Assembly: GCA_012026655.1 (NCBI GenBank)
Contig: JAAILG010000182.1
Span: 1-64,000, forward strand
Length of the DNA: 64,000 nt
Reading direction: 5' to 3'
Origin: Hydrolagus affinis
Taxonomy: Eukaryota
Shown here: piece after piece, positions 23,270 to 36,369 of the stretch
How the letters are laid out: the number at the start of each line of letters is the position of its first letter
Numbering within the stretch: position 1 is the first letter of the stretch
Translations under genes and position numbers: made by a program
Notes under the pieces: generated by a model
Seen by the model: only the letters and a program-made list of their open reading frames with translations
Databases searched by the model: none
What the model was told of the DNA's origin: nothing

Positions 23270-24527
23270 GTAATTTTCTGTTTTATGTAATATTGATATA
23301 AATGTAATTTTTACAGTTGTTGATATACTTGCATTTCATTTTTGGGCAGATGTCTTAAAGTGCTTCACAGGATTTACTGTAAAGTGTAACGACTTTATTT
23401 TGTAGGCAAATGCTATACATTTATGGGCTAGATAATGTGCAGAGTTTAACCTTTAGCGCATTGACGCACAACTGTCGATGTCTGGAAATTGCTGTCTTGA
23501 GTAATGGCTCTATTATGTCATTCACATTTCACTTTCTTCTGTCTTTCTACTGAGCCCATCTGAACCTGTACATGTCAGAATAGAACAATGGCGTGTTTAT
23601 CTTGATCAGGAAAACAAGATCTTAGTTTAATGTCTCATCTGAATGATGGCACCGCCAGCAATGCAGCAATTTCCCAGCACAGCGTTTGAGTATTCGCCCA
23701 GACTGTGATCTGAAAACCCCCGCATGGGGCTTGAATATCAACAATAACAACTTGCACTTATATAGGGCCCTTCCCATGGGGCAGCATCTCAGAGCACTTA
23801 AGCAATCCGGCACAATAGTCAATTATTATCATCTGCGGATTCAGACAAGCTGAGCACAAGACAGAAGGATGAACTAGGTAACAGAGCAGATACTTAGTCT
23901 GGAATTCTACTTCCTCTTTCAAACTTTGTACACAATGTGCATTACATACTTGGTCTCCAGAGAACTCACTGAGCTCAACGTGTGAAATTGTCTACCATAA
24001 CATCAATGGGTGGTTGTCATAAGTCCCCAGTCTCTCAGAGATCTTATCATTTCAATCATGAACACTATTAATTGCGCTCATTCATGTTGTCACACGGCAT
24101 CAGTCACTAGGTGTGTATTGCACTCACCATTCATGCAGGTATATTTGGGAAAGCAACAGATTACGTTGACGGAACATTTGTTTTTTTTAAACAAAAGTTT
24201 GGTTGATACCCTGATGTGATCTCAGGTGTTCCTGTGACGCATGGATCATTTTGGGGCAGAATTATTTTATCCTTGGGTTAAATTCAGTGGGCTACAAAAT
24301 CCACAGACACTCCACTGTATAACAACATCCTGCATTTATATATCAGCCTTTACACGGGGTAGCATCTCAGAGCACTTTACAGTTAAATGCTGGGTAGTGT
24401 TTTGAAACAAGATGTCTTCTCAATGTAAAACTTACTATATCCAATGTACAGATTATTTTTTTATTTAGGATTTATATGTAGGAGGCAGCTCCTGTAATCC
24501 TGCAAGCCAAAGCTTGGTTTGTATAAT

Positions 24528-24842
24528 ATAATAATAACAATCCATGCATTTGATAAAGCACTTTTTCCACTTCTTCTAGATGTCTCAAAGCACCTCACAG
24601 AATATACTGTATAGTGAATTGACTGTGTATATTTGTGGGTGTAATGCAGCAGACAGTTGTACACAGCAGTGTCCCACAAACAGTCGTGGATTGAAATGAC
24701 CAATTTATTATTGTTTTTTTTCTTGAGGGATTATTATCAGGCAGGTGGAGTAAGGAAACTTGCCCAAGGTTTCACCCTGACTGGAATCGAACCATGTCTC
24801 TCATTTGCAGGGCGAGTGCTCTAACCACTGAGCTACAGGAAT
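24528..24842 (-). mobile_element. Full-length tRNA/Deu SINE (short subfamily)
   Basis: The minus strand begins TCCTGTAGCTCAGTGGTTAGAGCACTCGCCCTGC...GGTTCGATTCC (clear A and B boxes) and continues through the Deu core and tail. Confidence 0.88.
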
Positions 24843-25754
24843 GCACAATATGGGAGTTATTCCAAGGAGAGAGTGAGATACGGAGAGGAAGATTTGCTAA
24901 ACAAACTGTTTCTGAATGGTTCAATGTAGCTCACCTAAAATGAGGTTTAAGTGCTCAGTGAATAGCAGTGCTGAGCAAGTAGAGCTATTTGATGAGTTTT
25001 ATATATTTTGCTGACAAAATACACAGTCAATTTACTTTACAGTATATTCTGTGAAGTGCTTTCAGACGTCGCAAAGATGTGATAAGACTGTCATTGGCAG
25101 TAATTGTATAGCACTTTGAAACATTTTGATGTGACGAGGTGCCATTCAAAGATATAAGTGAGATGGATTCGTACAGCGGCAATGGGAAGAGCAAGAAATA
25201 TCCCACTCATTGGGATCTAAGGCTTTGTCTGTTTTAGACTACGTTTTAGTTCCTGCCTTTTTGTGCGAGATGTCCTATCATAGCACACGATGATACACTC
25301 AAAGTGCAACAGCTTGGCTGCTAAGGATTGCGTTAGCGAGGGTGGAAATTTAGTCTGTTTTGCAAATTTCAATAAAAATACAGCAAACACGTACATAGAC
25401 TGGATCCAATATTTACTGAGTTCATAAAATGAAGTAAAGCATGGTCGTAGCGCTACAATTCATTAAAGTTGACAACTTGACCCAGGATCTTGTTGAACTG
25501 CCGATCATCTTTTAAAGACTAGATGGGTCAGACAAGCGTAAACCATTTCTGCTTCGTTTTGCTTTCCTGATCAAATCGGGTTGAAAGCCCATTGCATACT
25601 CTCCATTTTAATTTAACCTCTACATTTTCCAGTCCTCAACTGGGCATTAAACTGTGGCGAGGCACAATTAGCCTGAAATGGGCAGGATCAGATCAAGTCT
25701 GTCTGACATATTATCACAATTGTTCAAGTGCAGTGTTTACACCATTTGTAGAGT

Positions 25755-25875
25755 CCTGTAGCGTATTGGTTAGAGCACTCACCTTGCAAATGAGACAATC
25801 TGCATTTGATTCCCGGGCAGAGTGAAACCTTAGCCAAATTTCCTTACTTCACATGCCTCTGTTTACCTAGCAGTC
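25755..25875 (+). mobile_element. tRNA-SINE 5' half (long subfamily)
   Basis: TCCTGTAGCGTATTGGTTAGAGCACTCACC...TTCCTTACTTCACATGCCTCTGTTTACCTAGCAGT. Confidence 0.7.
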
Positions 25876-28800
25876 TGTAAAGCACCAGGATGGAAAGCTG
25901 GAATCTATGAAGCAATGTTACTTTCGTTTTGATTAAGTTAACTGTAGGTTGTGAAATTGAAAGTGATAGTGATGAAATATGAGGGAAGGATAATTGGCTT
26001 TGGAGAAATCATATGAAATGCTGTAAGATGGAGATGCTAATATTGATATTGACTCATCAAAATGAGAAAGGAATTCTCCAGGGGTCCTGGCCAACACTAA
26101 TCTTCACTACTGTGCCCACTTCTCCAAGATTTAAATCCATTCACTCATTTTACTTGCCTTGATCCAGTGACTGCAGCTTGTTTCTCAATCTATGGTGAAT
26201 CTTTGTACTTTATTAAATTAGTTTAGTACATAGATCTATCCTGTTGCCTTTCTATAAACTATTTCCCATGTACCCCTAAATATGTGTGTTTGTGTATCTT
26301 TATATATGTATATAATATAAAATATATATATACATACACACACATTTTCCATCTATTCACAACAATGAAAACTGAACAATATCTCTCTGCTTCAAAGCTT
26401 TTTAAGCGCTAGCATTATCTCCTTGTGTTTCTGTGTATTTGCCGATGCACAACAACCTATTTGCTTTGGCAATTCAAGATAACATGTCCAATGTTTGCTC
26501 TAAACCACTTCAATGTTTTTCTCCTGCTGTGCACACTCATAAAGGGAGTAAATTTGGAAGGTCTGCATTGTTTTGTTGGGCAAATTGTTATGCCACCTTA
26601 GCCATAACAATGAGTTGCATTTATGCAGCACCTTTCACATAGGGAGGATGTCCCAATTTGTTCGACAGTGAAAGGTATACACTGGAATATAGTGATGCTT
26701 TAGCCTTCTACTCATTCAACAAGAAAAAGAAGTGAATGGCAAAAGCTGAGGAATGCTGAACAATTACAAGATGAAGCTTTTAGATCTCCTTAGCCAAAAG
26801 ACTATGTAACTAACCTTGCTAACACAGCCTCGCTATTTATTACCATCAGACACCCTTCTCCTCACTAGATGTAACTACCTATTGTGAAAATGACCCATTT
26901 AAATCATTACTGAGAAATAAACCCTGGTTTATCTCGTCCCCAATGTGTTTATCGATTCTTGTCATGTAAAGCTCTGTTGATACCTTTGTTGGTACCACTG
27001 TTTCCACATTGAGAAATTTGCTTGGAAACTCATTCAAATTAAATGCCTGTATCTTAGTCTCGGCTTTTGTCCTCATTATAAAAGGATTTGTCATGCGCTT
27101 AAACAAGGGATAAAAGCACCTGTACTGTTGAATGGGATTTATTTTAGACAAAACCTAAATGGAACATGTTCTGAGGGAGGATAACAAAGCGGAAAAACTA
27201 AGCTCTTCTAGCAATTTAAAAAAAAAGATTTGAAACAAAAGACTAGCGAGTGTCTGGAGGAGAATCCCTTTTTAGTTGGAAGAAACAAAGAGATTGGGTT
27301 GTCTGCTCCTTCACTGATTGATGTCTTGTTGTTCTAAAAGCAAGTTCACATATGTTGTACCAAAGCAACAATGGCTGAATGGAGATTGACCCCTGGGGGT
27401 GCAGACAGTCCACATTTAGAGAGTCGAGTGCTGTTTTGCTTATAGCTTTCACTAGCTATACCAGTCCTTGTTACAGTGCCTTTCGTATCAAGATGATATC
27501 AAAACAGGATTTACTGTAATGACTCAGACTTTAAGGAAATACCCCTTCAGAACATCTGAAAGTGACTTCCTCCAAGATCCAAGCCCTAGCAAATGGTGGG
27601 GGTGGGGGAATGATCTGGAGCAATATAACCAAATCCATTTCACAAGTTAATATTTTGCACTTATTAATAACCCTTGCATGCTGAAGAGGCTTCACGGAGG
27701 CATAATTTTCCACTTAACAGGATTTACTGTAAAGAGTAGTGACCCTATATTTTGTAGGCAAAATGCCCACATAAACAGGCAGATGGAACCTTGATTTGAC
27801 ATCTCATCCAATGGGTAGCACCTCTGACATGCAGCCTTCCCCCACCCCACTTCCCTCTAGTGCGATGTCCTCCTGACGTGAAAGGCCTTATACAAATGCA
27901 ATTTGCATTTGTTGTTATTATTGAAGTGTCAACTTAAACTGAGCTCAAAGCCCCAAGGCGGGAATGGGATATGAAACGATGCAGTTTGCTGATTTGAAAG
28001 TATGTAAACCAGTGTTGGTTAACATCTTTGGTTGGGCAAACAAAATAAATGCTTCCTGATGGAATATTTCTTGATTGATGGCATAAATCTCTACTATTTT
28101 GTTATTTGTATGATTAATTTATTGGCCAACCAAAACGATTGAAAGAAAATGCACTCTTTGTTCGGAAGTGACTAATATTAAATAATGTTCAACTGTTAGA
28201 GCTTCATTGAAACAAAGGAGTGAGTATGGAGTCTGAGGTACACACACAGTGATGGAATACTACAAGTGCCATCTGTTTGTTTTGCCACCTTGGAATGATT
28301 GGTATGTGCACTGTGGAGACATATAAGTAGTACAGCAGGAGTTAGAGCCACCACCCGCTGTCAAAAGCCAGTCGTCTCTGTCACAGCTGCTTGCCCCAGT
28401 TTATCAATGTTCAATGTCCTGTAGCTTTGAGGCATCACTTCCCTTGAAATTGTCTTTTTTACCCTCTGTGACATTTAAGTAGCAAAAAAAACATAGCGAG
28501 TCTACCCCCCAACATCGTGCGAGTTCCTGTGTTTAAACCTGATGACCCAGTCTTGGATTTTTGATTGGTGAACTCTCATCACTTTGGTTTGGAGACACCC
28601 AAGTGTGATGATGGGTTTCTACAAGTGTCAGTTAAGCAAAAGAGCATTGTTATCTAGAGAACATTGTGTAATCTGTCCTGTTACTGGTTTTCCTCTGAGT
28701 CCCAGGGCACTGAATCAGATTGTTTATACCCCTTGTGTTGCCCATCTGAGACACACTAACTCACCATAGGCTGGCAATTAAATCCATATCTTGCCAGCCT

Positions 28801-30907
28801 GCATGATTCAACCGCTTATTCAGAACTCACTGAGAAAATAAGGGAAAAAGAGAATGTTGTTAAGATTTGGCCCTTGATCTTGATGGGACCCAGAATATTG
28901 CAGAACTAAAGTTTCTATAGCAACAATTAGCCCGCACGGTAAGTAAGCAGTTACCGTGATTTGTGGGTGGGAAATGGTGAATTTCCTTTGGCTGTTGTGG
29001 TTAAGCTTGGACAGGAAAAGTATTTGCAATTTACAGTGCAAGGCTTGAAGCAACAGAGAGGAGAGAGTCAGGGGAATTTCCATACTTGTGTTGCATTTTC
29101 CAAAATTGTACATTGGAAATTAAGCATCCACATTGGAAATTCCAGAGATGGATTATTAGAATGGAATGTGCACTCTCTCCCTGGAGGAACATAACCTGCT
29201 TTAAAATTCCTACAAATAATTTTATTTATTATATTATATCGATTATAAATAGTCTAATTGCTGTTGTACACTGCTGTGCGCAATGGGCTGCCGCGTTTCA
29301 CCCACAAATACAGTCAATTCACTTTACAATATATCCTGTTAAGCGCTCTAGAAGACGTGAAGGCGCTTCTAGAATAAATGCAATATTATTATTAATAGGA
29401 TGAAAGGATTATTAATATTTTTCTACAAATGGTTTGCCTTGCTTTAAAGCAATTTCCTGTGAGATGCTTTGATCCTTTTGCCATTATAGGCTGCCAATTA
29501 GGATTGTCATTATTGTTGTGGCGATTGATGCCTCTGTGAAGCTTAAGTGTACAAAAGTTGTTCTGTAAAAGGTTTGAAATATTAATTAAGTGAATGGAAT
29601 TTCCCCTCCTCTACTCGTGCCATAGTTTGGATCTTAAAAATAGTCACTTGAAGATGTGCTGAGGTGGGTATTTCCCAAAGCTCGAGGAGTTTCACTTTCC
29701 AACTGGTGTCATGATCCACAAGTGCAGAACAAAACCATGCTGCATTCATTGATTCAGTCAGTCTACTCTATCTACTGAGTGAAGTCAGTCTTCAGTGCAT
29801 GAAGCATATTATCGTGTGGCCAGAGGACAATTTATGGATTGTGAGATACAGATCTGGATATTGCAATGAATCTTCCACGTAAGGTAAATCACTAACTGGT
29901 CTTGGCGTGATTCGGGTGAGAAAGTTGAACGACGGCATTAGCTTGAATGTACCTGTGGCAAATACAGATCATCATTAGAACAATGCCTATAATTAATCAA
30001 TCAAAACTTTTATATAGCGCTTTTCACGTCGAGAGGACGTTCCAAGGCACTGTTTAGTCAGGTAGCGACAAGAGCACGGAGGGAGGGGTGGGGGCAGGAT
30101 GAAGGAAAGTAGGAAAATTGACTGAATATTTGTGGGCGGAACATAACATGTTAACATTGAAATGTCTTGCAAGGAACATCACTGTCTAGTGTATTGACTG
30201 TATTTGTAGGCAAATTCATGTGTTTAGCAGTGTGGGAACCCTTCCCGAACCCAGAAAAATGACCATCTTGCATGTGGGGCTGCTCCAAAGCTTTGGTTCT
30301 TACTTTTTAATTTGAAGCTTTTACTGTACATAATTCCTGTTCCATGAACCAGTTTCTGATCGCATTTCCTAAGGCAATTTTCCCTGCGGCTTGCCTTCAA
30401 ATGCACCAAATCTCAAATAGATTTAAGCTTCACTGCCTAACATTCAGATCACCAAAAGGGGTTGTTACAACCCTTGCATTCTATGTGCATTACTAATATT
30501 GTGGTGCTTATTCAAGAGCATCTGGGATGCTGAGTTTGTGCTCAATAAAGCACTACAATTGCATTTTCCTTCCCTCTGGCACATGTGCAAATGGTTCATC
30601 CCTGCCTAGAATTCAATTGCAGTAAATTAGATGCAACCGTGTGAAGGAGGGTTCACTTATCTATGAACCTGGCTATCTGTTGTCATAACATAGCCTCAAA
30701 AATAGTTCTATTTACCGGTTAGTGCAATGCAATGGCTTGTTATTTTGCATGTAGACGAAAATTGAACCAATTTGCACACAGCATTGTCCTACAATCTGCC
30801 ATGCAGTCGATCACCAATTGTATCTGAGGGAATCGTTGGCCAAGATAAGGCAAGAAACTTGCTTCTCGTTTTGAATACTGTAGTGTAGAAAAGAAAGAAT
30901 AATATTA

Positions 30908-31298
30908 CCGTAAAACTTCCATAATCCGGCACAGTTGGGCCCACTCACCTCCCGGATTTCGGAGTTTGTCTGTATTTAGAAACCCACCTCAAAATGGCTG
31001 GGGAAGCTCGGCCCCATGTGTGCTAGAACAACAACAACAACAACTTTGATTTATATAGCACCCTCCACGCCGGACGGCGTCTCAGAGCGCTTTATAAACA
31101 CAGCACTGAGGCCAAAAAATGCCCGAGCTCCACCCACAGAGCTGGGACCAGCTACGCCAGGAACTACAAGCCTCTGTTCCAAACTTCAGGAGATGTGCCC
31201 GACATCTGAAAAAAATTTATACTGTAGGTTTTTTTGAAATCTTGCCAGTTTTAGGGAGTTTCCAACTTTCGCAATGTCGGATTATCAAGGTTTTATCG
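30908..31298. mobile_element. pogo/Tigger-like (Tc1/mariner superfamily) MITE containing a nested L2-type tail
   Basis: Imperfect ~24-bp TIRs: CCGTAAAACTTCCATAATCCGGCA versus the reverse complement of TGTCGGATTATCAAGGTTTTATCG. Both are flanked by TA (30906-07 and 31299-300). An antisense L2-type tail sits at about 31025-31110. Confidence 0.6.
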
Positions 31299-31329
31299 TA
31301 CTAATAATCCTTACATTTGATAAAAAGAT

Positions 31330-31437
31330 AGGGGTGGGTAAATGAAATTAGGGTAGAAGATCAGCCATGATCAAATGACTGGGCAGGCTCGAGGGGCCAA
31401 ATGGCCTACTCTTGCTCCTATGTCTTATGTTCTTATA
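31330..31437 (+). mobile_element. CR1-type 3' tail
   Basis: GATCAGCCATGATC...GGCAGGCTCGAGGGGCCAAATGGCCTACTCTTGCTCCTATGTCTTATGTTCTTAT is a canonical CR1/HER1-type terminus. Confidence 0.75.
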
Positions 31438-33444
31438 TCACTTTTCATGTTGTTGAGGCATCTTAAAATGATTACATTTCATATACTGTTACTATCAAGT
31501 GGTGTGACTATTTTGTGGGCAAATCCCACAATGTGGAAAGATTGGTTTAATTGAAATTCAGATTTTGAAATGCTGATGCTAAGTCGATTCCTGGGCACTG
31601 TGCGGACACCAGCTTTGTTGGCATTTACCTGTCTCTTTTGACCTTGGCATTTTATGCAACCGAGACAGGTCTGTGTATGATTTCTAACCAATTGTTCAAT
31701 AATTGAATCTTAAACCAAATGCAAGCTCATAGCTTGAGCTACAACAATGCTGCCACGTTGCTGATCCATTACATGATTTTGTCATTTGTCTTCAGGTGTG
31801 ACCCTGATCTTTCAAATGGTAAGTCTGAGACAGAGATTACATTGATGCAGAAATAATTTGGCATGAAGAGAGTGCACTTGAAATAACCAGAGTGGGATGC
31901 TGTATTATACACAGCTAGGAGACTGAACCCAGCCAGGAGCACAATTGAGGAATGCAGGCAGCTCCAGTGGTTTAATATGTATCAATATGATCCTTTAACT
32001 GGTTGACTCATCATCATTCACTAATCGAAACTGTATGAGGCAGCAATACCAAAGGCAGAAAGGGTGCTGATCTATGTTTGCTAAATCATCCCCAGATGTG
32101 TCGTGCTTTGGTCTGAATGCACGCACAGTATTACTGCAGATCTGTTCAGTGTGGAATAAGGGGGTGCTGCCCACACCCAACAGGCAACAGAAGAAACCAA
32201 CCAGGATTATCCATCAACAATGTTAGAGGAATGAGCCTATAATAATTGTTACTTTTCATATAGTGCCTCGTCACATCATTAAGATGTCTCAAAAGTGCTT
32301 CATAGGATTTCACTGTAAAGTGTAGAGACTGTAATTTGCAGCGGAGGGGATGTTGATATTTGCTGTGAATGATGAGCAAAGTCTGTGGAGAGAGAGTGCC
32401 ATCCCTTTCAAATTTTAAGTTACATTAGGTTGAGATGAATAGTGAAGGTCGTGGGCTGTATTTTTTTGCCTACAAATACTGTCACTTCATTTTGCAGTAT
32501 ATCCCGTGAAGCAGTTTGAGACATCCTCCTGATGTGAAAGGTGCTATATCAAATGTAAGGATAATTATTATTATTATGGATTCTGTCAACTAACATGCTT
32601 AGTCAGCTGTATCCAAATTCATATCTGAATCACACTGTTTTAAAAAAAAACTTCACACATTTTTTTATGTTTTAGTTGTAATGACCTTAAATTGATGCCT
32701 CCAGTTACCACTCAGCGACCAGTAGAAATAGTTCGCTGCAACCTGTGCTCTAAACTTCAAGATATTATATGCCAAGATATCGATAAATGCTGTTGTATAA
32801 ATAAATGAAGCTGATTTTCTATGGGGAAAACTCCAGCCTGTTTGAAACATTAAAATTGTTTCTGCTTTCACACATGCCTGTAGCATGCAAACAGGAAAGA
32901 CTTCTGTAAACTAATGTTGCTGGACAGGTTGGGTGTAAAACTATCACCTTCTCTTACTGCAGTGTGAATTTGTGTTCACTGAGGCCGTCATCTTTAGCGG
33001 CTACTTTTGAAATGAACCCGTCAGTGCTCACACATCATACAGTTTAGTGTTAAAACAAGATAGGAAAATAGCTGCAGATTTGTCAAGATTATGCCTTCAT
33101 TCATATATGACTGATAACATGCTGAATGCATCATTCACAGTGTTTTCAGTATGGTGAGTGGATGGATGATGTTCAATTCTAGGTTTCAGCGTTGAGTGCT
33201 CTGACCAGTTTTGGTTCTATTTAGCTTTGAATTGCTAGCTTTAGAAAGTTTTTTCTTGAAGATTAAGATCAAATTTTCTTTTTCTTGTCTTTTCCCTCTT
33301 CCACCCTCTCCCACAAGTGATGACTCGTGAGCTAGTTTGCTTCCACCCTTCATACTTGAGTTAGAGACCGCAAGTGTCAGGCTCGATTTAGCTTGGAGGT
33401 TGGAGGGAATGGGGTATCATTGACTGATCTGATGAATCTCACAT

Positions 33445-33605
33445 AATAATAACAACAAGAACTTGGATTTATATAGCGCCCTCTACGCCGGACAACATCT
33501 CAGAGAGCTTCACAATAACAGATCCTGGGGCCGAACCAGGGGGAGGAGGAAAAAGGTGACCAAATGCGCAGTTGAAAAGAAAGGTCTTTAGCCGTGACCT
33601 GAAAA
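33445..33605 (-). mobile_element. L2 3' terminus
   Basis: AACAACAAGAACTTGGATTTATATAGCGCCCTCTACGCCGGACAACATCTCAGAGAGC...AAAAGAAAGGTCTTTAGCCGTGACC; ORF 33469-33723 includes RSRLKTFLFNCAFG, the L2 ORF2 end. Confidence 0.7.
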
Positions 33606-36174
33606 ATAATAAGCTTTGTATGTGATATAGTGCCTTATCATTATGTTGAGATGTCTCAAAGCGCTTCACATAATATAATGTGTATTTTGTGAGCCAAACA
33701 CATTTGCTAGTTGCGCACAGCAATGTTTCACCAAACCGCCATGGAGCTAACGCTAATCATTAGTCACTGACACTGCAGAATGCCTTCTCTCCACACCCCC
33801 CAACATGTGGTAATTAAAACAACTATTGTACCTTTTGCCCTTATTTTCCCTGCTTTCTAATACGCCACACACACAATGCATTTGTCAATTGAGCCACTGC
33901 AGAAAATTCAGTAAATGAATTGTGAGCGAGTAAGCAGTTTGTGTCTTTAAACTGGTAAAAACATTTTGGGAGTTGTGTCCAGGACGTGGGCACTTTTTAA
34001 ACCCCCCCCCCCAAAATCGACACTAACTAGCAAAGTGGCTGGTATGAATCTGAGTTTGCTTGCTTGTGCCTGGGCTGCAAAAGTTGCCGCCTAGGGGGAG
34101 TAGTTAATTGTAAGGCAGAATATGCTTTGGCAGGAGTGAAGCGATCTGACACAGTACAAAGTGTGTTCCATAATGTCTTTGGCAACTGGCACAAGTTAGT
34201 TTCGGTAAGGTGGATAATTCCACTTAAGAGTGGTGGGGGCTAGGGGGGGTTATTCAATCATTTTCCCTTAATATTAATCATTGATAATCAATGACCAATG
34301 TAATTGTTTAAATTCCACAAGACACTTGTTATAATCTGTCGCTTATTTAGCTTATTTAGCTCTTATTATAAAGTTTATTTATAAAATTCTCTCTAAAGTG
34401 CTGGAGCTGCCAATAGCATGGTCACAGCTAAGTGTATTTTGAAGGAAGGGTGCAAATGTTGCACATTAGATAGAAAAGTGCAGAGAGTAAAGGAAACTTG
34501 TTACTAATTAACTTATGGTATTTCAACTTCACTCCGTTTGGCTGTGTTGCCAGCCTTGTACCAGATTTTCCAGATAAGAGAATAACAGAATACAGATGTC
34601 TCTGTATCTTACATTTCAGTGTTAACAACAACATTTTCATAGCACCCTTAATGTAAGATAACGTCCCAGAGCATTTTTCAAATATTGGGGTGGACACTGA
34701 GTATGGGAGAGGACAAGGTGTTGCTGGCTGCTCATCATTAAAAGGGCCAGATCATGTTCTTTTTCCAATATTCACTGACCTATCATCATAAACAACCAAT
34801 AATCCTTGCATTTGATTTAATGCTTCAACACGTCTTCTAGACGTCTGAAAGTGCTTCACAAAATATACTATAAAGTGAATTGACTGTAGATTTGTGGGCA
34901 AAATAAAAAGTTACCGATTAATTAATAGTGATTCCGTTGGTGCTGTGTAATGTACCCAAATATGCACCAAGTCAACATCGCTGTGCTCCAGAAATACCCA
35001 ACAATCAGCTTTTCAACAAGCATTTGCCAGTTAAGATTACCTGTTCTGTCACTTTCTAAATGATCTTGGTTGTTTGTATTGACTTGCTTGCATATGGGTG
35101 TGTAAAATGTATAGCTGTAATAATGCAAGTGTGTCCTTTAGGCTCAGTGGGATTTTGATGCTTGGAAGGGAATGGGGATTATCTATGTTACACTAAGGTC
35201 TGTTCTCACGAAACCTGGGAGGTTATGTCTGTTCACACGTAACCTGAGAGGCTAGAACCTCTATTAACATTAGAACATATTCTGATTGATGGCAAGCTAA
35301 AGGGCAGGTGGATGTGTGCACCCAAAAGTGATTTTGGTGGCAAGAGTGTACCATTCATGGTATGTTGCCCCCTCAAGCTGTCACAGCCATGCCCCATGCA
35401 GTGTGAGCTACAGGCATTCCAAACCCACAAGTTGCCAAAGTAAGCACGGGTTTGAATTGTGCTCATTGTGCTCGTCCTTACCACTTTAACAACTGTGATT
35501 TTTTTTGGTTGCGCGGTTATCTTATTTTGTCATTCTTTGTTGACGGAACGTTTATGTAGAATTAATTAATGAATTTTATAGAATTAATTGCTATCAACAT
35601 CTATTATTGGAGTAGGCGACTACGAAGAATGGCATAAACATACAGCGTTTTCTTTATAGTCACCATCTCTTTTCTGTTGATCAACGTGTTAATATTTGCT
35701 TTGGTTATTCTAAAAGGTGGGCGGTGATCTGGTTGTAGGACCGATAACATTGGCACCTGAAAGGCTGGTAGTGATCATTCTGGATTCCAATTTGCTCCTT
35801 CAACTCCAGGCCAGGTTTTGTGCCTGGCGTTGTACAAGGAGCAAGACGGCTTCTCATTTAAATGAGCATGACATCACCAAGAGTGGTTGAAAGTTTGAGA
35901 AGTACTCTGGTTGGAGTGGCTGGGGCTGCATAATCGCTGCTTGCTCAGTGCAAAGTGGAAGCTTCAGGATTCAGCAGCAGCTGTTACTAATCACGTAGCG
36001 AGTGAGAGAAAGAGAGTGTCTCTCTGCCAGTTCATTGTTGAACAAAGCAAAAACAGACCAGAGCTCTCTGGCAATCTCTCTTGCTCTCATTTGTTTTTGA
36101 TAGAAATATACAATATATATTGTTTATATGTGTGGATATATATATTTTTGTGTGCTCTTTGGAAGCGTTCTCCA

Positions 36175-36369
36175 ATGATTTCTCCGTCACCTGTGGAACT
36201 CCTGCAACCCATGAACTGGAGTCCCAATGTGGGCAATCACAGCATGTTCGACCGAAGGCGCTCGACTGTGCGAAACATCCAGCAGAGTCTGGTGTTAGAA
36301 CTTCTCGGTGAGCCTAATGTGGCCCTGCAGAGCTACCAACCCCGGTCTCCAGAGGAAAGCAGCTCATTG
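36175..36369 (+). CDS. RGL1: Probable alternative first coding exon of RGL1 (RalGDS-like 1), 65 codons, phase 0
   Basis: MISPSPVELLQ...LELLGEPNVALQSYQPRSPEESSSL ends at the donor TTG|GTATGT. The VALQ-x-YQPRSPE motif resembles my recollection of a fish RGL1 N-terminal isoform. Phase 0 fits joining to the SS(I/V)QDWGEE exon, and RGL1 is the APOBEC4 neighbour in mammals. The downstream exons are not in the window, so the gene name is inferred. Confidence 0.55.

Noticed and set aside
34084-34102. GCCGCCTAGGGGGAG as a CTCF site
   Set aside because: At least three mismatches to the CCRCYAGRKGGC core in the best register.
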